Shown in pieces: positions 60,301 to 64,000 of a stretch of 64,000 bases of DNA. A program made the position numbers and the translations under genes. The notes under the pieces are model-generated. The model was not told the origin of the DNA and made no database searches. It saw only the letters and a program-made list of their open reading frames with translations. Each line of letters opens with the position of its first letter. The first letter of the stretch is position 1. The DNA is from Podarcis bocagei (lineage: Eukaryota), in NCBI GenBank assembly GCA_964188305.1, contig OZ076901.1; one strand, written 5' to 3'.

Positions 60301-63300
60301 GGTAACCTGCAAGTTGCTCTATGTCTCCAGTGAACAGAAAGAGCTTTCTTCATAGTTGGTTCCTTGCATGTAGCTTTCCTGGCTTTTAGAGAGCCCATGA
60401 AGATAGCACAAGTTGAGGATGCCCTTTGGTACAAGTTCTGACCCTGTGATGGCATCACCTACAGATGGGCTGCTTTTACAGTGGCTCTAGGCTCTTAGGG
60501 ATCCTTTTGCTTGACTCTCCAAAGTTCAGGTTGGTGTGCAGATGATGATGTTTCTCACTATGGTTTTTTTCCCTCTCCGCCCCCCCCCCCGCCGCCGCCG
60601 CCAATACAGTGGTGCCCCGCAAGACGAATGCCTCGCAAGACGAAAAACTCGCTAGACGAAAGAGTTTTCCGTTTTGGAGGTGCTTCGCAAAACAAATTTC
60701 CTATGGGCTTGCTTCGCAAGACGACAATGTCTTGCGAGTTCCTGCTGGTTTTTTTCCCTCCCCCCCCTTTTTCTAAGCCGCTAAGCCGCTTATCAGCTGA
60801 TCCGATCAGCAGATAAGCCGCTAATAGCGCTAATCCTTCAATGGGCTTGCTTCGCAAGACGAAAAAACCGCTAGACGAAGAGAATCACAGAACGGATTCT
60901 TTTCGTCTTGCGAGGCACCACTGTAGTTTGTGCATGGAATGGCCTTTCCCCCCAGAAAAGACAAGGCCATGCACCTTTAACACTAATAGATTCCAGTTCA
61001 TGTTTGGGGATGGATACCTACTGGATTGAGTTTGCTTTCAAAACAAGACAGACCAATTCAAAATTTCAGATTTTGCTTTCCAGTTTCTGAAACCCCTGTT
61101 GCTCTTTGCTTTTCAAAATGTGAAAGAAGAGAGTCCTCCTTAGATTCCAGCCCATAACTAACTGCATATATATTGAATGCTGGTTTTCCTTCTGCTGCTT
61201 GAGCAAAGAAAATGCCATTTTTTTGCCCTCTTTCACCAGGAGAGACCACCCCCAGTCAGCAAGCCAGATAATGGTACCCTCAACCTGTTGAGCACTTTAT
61301 CAAATGGGAACAGCTCCAAACAGAAACCCCTCATAGATGGAGTCCACAGGATCCGAGTAGACTTCAAGGTAACAGGGTGGTTTGGGGAGGTGCCCCTGCC
61401 TTTCTCCACCAGAAACCTGGCCTTGGGGGTTTGTAGAATGTGGCGACATCTCTTCCTTGAAACTCCCATCTTTCTACAAAGAGCTGTTCTGGCGAAAGTT
61501 GTTTAGTTTTCTGTAGAGCCTGTTGCTTCTTAAGATAGCACACAGGAGGATGAGAAAGAGTGATGAATACAAAAGGGAATACCAGCAGTTTCCGTAAACC
61601 GAGGCAGCCTCCTGAGGCTCTTAATGCCCAAGGAGAGTCTTTATTGTTAGCAACAGCATTAGTTAGGCAGTACATTGGCATGCATATACTGCTGGCACGT
61701 GCCTTTTAGAAGATGTCTAGGTATGTATCACTGGTGTGGAGAGAACCGAGGTTAAGTAACTCCATCCAGCACATTCCTTTGTATATAACAAAAGCTTTGA
61801 CAAACAAAACATTTTCATAGTGATGTGTATAGGATCTTCCTGCTTTGCTCCAGTTCTTGTCATTTCCACCACCCCTGGGCCTGGTGTAAGGATAATTCCC
61901 TTTCCATGTTCTTCCTTTTGTGTTTTTTAGGAGGACTGTGAGGCTGAGAACGTTTGGGAAATGGGCGGTTTGGGTATCCTGACCTCTGTCCCGATAACTC
62001 CCAGGGTGGTCTGCTTCCTCTGTGCCAGCAGTGGGCATGTGGAGGTAAGGGTGAGGTCCCACAGGGACAGTCCAAACCAAGTTGTCTGGTGTATGTGTTT
62101 GTGAGATATTATTTCAGCTACCTAAAACTAAAGGAAATCTGAAGCTGGAATTGAATCCTGAATAAAGGCCATCAGTTAGAGCTGCAGCTTCAACTACCAT
62201 TTGAAATGCTTCTTTACCTACCTCTCAAAGCAGGAGGTGTGGTGTCAGATAAGCACTTATGTCTCTAGTCACCAGTTGGCCTTTTGTAGCTTCACTAATA
62301 CATGCTGCTCTTGCAGAGGGGCTCTGGAGATAAAACAGCCCACAGACAAATGGTGCGGACCTTGGTGGTGGAAGAGGGCTCTCTAAGCCTCTTTGAAGCA
62401 ACTGTTATGTGAACCTGGGGACCAAACCATGAGGGTGGGGTGACCAAAGACTTTCTCCTCCTCCTCCCTCTCCCTCTGGAGCCAGCCATCCAGGGCAAGC
62501 TGATGGGCAAATAGTTGAAGTGCACAACTGCTGCAGGATGTGGCTGACCTACTGACTTGCTCCTTCCCTTGTAGTTTGTGTATTGCCAGGTGTGCTGTGA
62601 GCCTTTCCACAAGTTCTGTTTGGAGGACAGTGAGCGCCCCCTGGAGGACCAGTTGGAAAACTGGTGCTGTCGTCGCTGCAAGTTCTGCCATGTGTGTGGG
62701 AGGCAGCATCAGGCCACCAAGGTAGCCGGAGTCCCTTGATGAGCTTGCCTGTCTCCTTTTGTTCCTCTGGAATGTGGGGTTTGTGGCATTGTAAGGGATG
62801 GCCGCCAGGGATGCTAAGTTTCCCCAACACAGCTTCCTCATGTTGAACTAGGAGTCATCAAATGTCTAAAGCAGAGCTTTCCAAACTTTTCATGTTGGTG
62901 ACACACTTTTTAGACATACATCATTTTGCAACATAGTAATTCAGTTTTACTAGCAAACTGGAGGTTAAACTATCCCTTTTCCAGCCCCGGGAAAAGCATG
63001 GGGAGTGTTCGTACAACACACCTACACACAGCAGCTGACACACTAATGTGTCATGAGACACAGTTTGGAAAGCTCTGATCTAAAGCAACTACTGGAGCAT
63101 CTAGGCTTGACTTGCTGCTGTTTTCCATGTTTCCATAGCAGTTGCTGGAGTGTAACAAGTGCCGAAACAGCTATCACCCAGAGTGCCTGGGACCAAATTA
63201 CCCAACAAAACCTACGAAGAAAAAGAAGGTTTGGGTGAGTTCTGTTGCATCGTGGGGACACTTGTAAGGCAGGGATACCTTCCCCTCTTATTATAATCAG

Positions 63301-63675
63301 ACTGCCAGATGTCTTAGCCTGATGTTGAAAGTGGTCCATTGTTTACAAGGATATGCAATAAAATCGGTCTGAATCATAAACTGCTGGATATGGCAACCCC
63401 ATCAACTGGCCATTGCGAAAGAGGCAGGCTGAGGCATGGTTTTCTGTTCCATGGCTCACCCGTAAAGGGAAGCATCTTTGGTGCCTGCTATGACTGAATC
63501 CTATGATCCCAGAGAGAGGCTGTGTAGCCCTTTATTCCTTGTCTGTCTTTCCAGATCTGCACGAAATGTGTCCACTGCAAGAGCTGTGGAGCGACAACGC
63601 CAGGCAAAGGGTGGGATGCCCAATGGTCTCACGACTTCTCTCTGTGTCACGATTGTGCCAAACTCTTCGCTAAAG
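39024..63675 (+). CDS. KMT2A: Histone-lysine N-methyltransferase 2A (MLL1), 5' part; exons 39024-39446, 53398-53467, 54116-56796, 57777-57954, 58176-58410, 59187-59251, 59481-59864, 60228-60301, 61240-61368, 61931-62044, 62575-62721, 63139-63234, 63555-63675; continues past the window
   Basis: Contains the menin-binding RWRFPARP, the LEDGF-binding FIGF, three AT-hooks (KPRGRPR, KRRGRPP, RRRGRPP), the CXXC domain (RCGQCPGCQVPEDCGVCTNCLDKPKFGGRNIKKQCC) and PHD1/PHD2 fingers. Exon sizes 70/178/235/65/74/114/147/96/121 fit the known gene structure and the frame is continuous. Confidence 0.97.
40195..40542 (+). mobile_element. CR1 LINE 3' fragment
   Basis: CTGGAGAAGAAGAGACTGA..GATATGATAGCCATCTTCAAATA... 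followed by GGTTGGACTAGATGATCCT...TGATTCTATG, a typical CR1 3' end. Confidence 0.8.
40858..41049 (+). mobile_element. tRNA-derived SINE (Squam3-like)
   Basis: GCTCAGTGGTAGAGCA (A box), GGTTCAAGCCC (B box), a body, and a GCTTCCTATGTT tail running into a (GTTT)n microsatellite. Confidence 0.7.
41046..41105. repeat. (GTTT)n(AGTTT)n microsatellite
   Basis: Read directly from the sequence. Confidence 0.85.
50771..50834. repeat. (CT)n(GT)n microsatellite
   Basis: Read directly from the sequence. Confidence 0.9.
51104..51329 (-). mobile_element. Tigger-like MITE, copy 5 (KMT2A intron 1)
   Basis: Same family, TA-flanked. Confidence 0.88.
52762..53215. mobile_element. hAT-superfamily non-autonomous element, same family as 9216-9699, opposite orientation
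   Basis: TIRs CAGTGTTTCCCAA / TTGGGAAACACTG and a perfect 8-bp TSD GTCTACAG (52754-52761, 53216-53223). Confidence 0.9.
57165..57282 (+). mobile_element. LINE 3' terminus (L2-like) with (TTA)n tail; similar ends near 2310-2375, 10800-10865, 18735-18830
   Basis: GAGCCGCCCAGAG...CAGATGGGCGGGGTATAAATAATAAA followed by a simple-repeat tail. Confidence 0.55.
57339..57372. repeat. (CA)n microsatellite
   Basis: Read directly from the sequence. Confidence 0.9.
60607..60923. mobile_element. Second Tc1/mariner-pogo MITE family (KMT2A intron 8)
   Basis: TA|CAGTGGTGCCCCGCAAGACGAA ... TTCGTCTTGCGAGGCACCACTG|TA, with repeated internal CGCAAGACGA motifs. Confidence 0.85.
62872..63077. mobile_element. hAT MITE (KMT2A intron 11)
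   Basis: 16-bp perfect TIR CAGAGCTTTCCAAACT / AGTTTGGAAAGCTCTG; TSD GTCTAAAG/ATCTAAAG (7/8). Confidence 0.82.
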
Positions 63676-64000
63676 GTGTGGAGAGACTGGGTGCATGATA
63701 GGTCTGGTCTGCTGCGGAAGTATGCTGTATCATGCTGAATGGCCTGGGAAATGCTGGCAGCTGCAGTTCCATGTGCAGATGCAGCCCTTGCTTTGCTAAA
63801 TTCCAGTACTTCCTCTAGGGATGCGGGGGACAGCAGCAGGGAGCACCTTCACACTCAAAGGGGGCAAGTATAGTACTTGCTGCTGGCTGTTAACAGTGGC
63901 AGTGACTGATAGCAGTCTTGCCCTTTGCGTGGAGTCCCCTGACCGCTAGCCAGCCCTAAGTGTTTGGCTTTGTATACTGATGGTGGGAGATCTGGACCGC

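Noticed and set aside
60607-60923. Regularly recurring CGCAAGACGA units resembling a repeat-spacer array
   Set aside because: These are internal subterminal repeats of a TA-flanked MITE in a vertebrate intron, with irregular spacing and no cas-like genes. It is not a CRISPR array.

Overview
This is eukaryotic genomic DNA from a squamate reptile, probably a lacertid lizard judging from the Sauria-type SINEs with (ACCTTT)n tails. It is the conserved CD3-UBE4A-ATP5MG-KMT2A block. I traced the exons by hand from GT/AG boundaries and reading-frame continuity. The genes are CD3E (+, CDS 577-5029), a single non-mammalian CD3 gamma/delta gene (-, CDS 14259-7344, convergent with CD3E), UBE4A (+, 19 coding exons, 17046-29464, about 1074 aa), ATP5MG (+, 32182-34562, 107 aa) and the first 13 exons of KMT2A/MLL1 (+, 39024-63675, continuing beyond the window). 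Introns contain SINEs, CR1/L1/L2-like fragments, TA-flanked Tc1/mariner-pogo MITEs and hAT MITEs with 8-bp target duplications. There is no prokaryotic-type system such as a CRISPR array or operon. Three observations stand out. (1) The only CD3 gamma/delta chain has Ser in place of the normally invariant intramembrane Asp/Glu used for TCR assembly, and its stalk motif reads CxxCxR instead of CxxCxE. (2) A dense ETS:RUNX/AP-1/E-box/TCF motif cluster lies between the two CD3 poly(A) sites and looks like a shared T-cell enhancer. (3) Two young hAT MITEs share their ends but carry different CpG-island-like interiors. Gene, family and repeat names come from recognition, not database searches.
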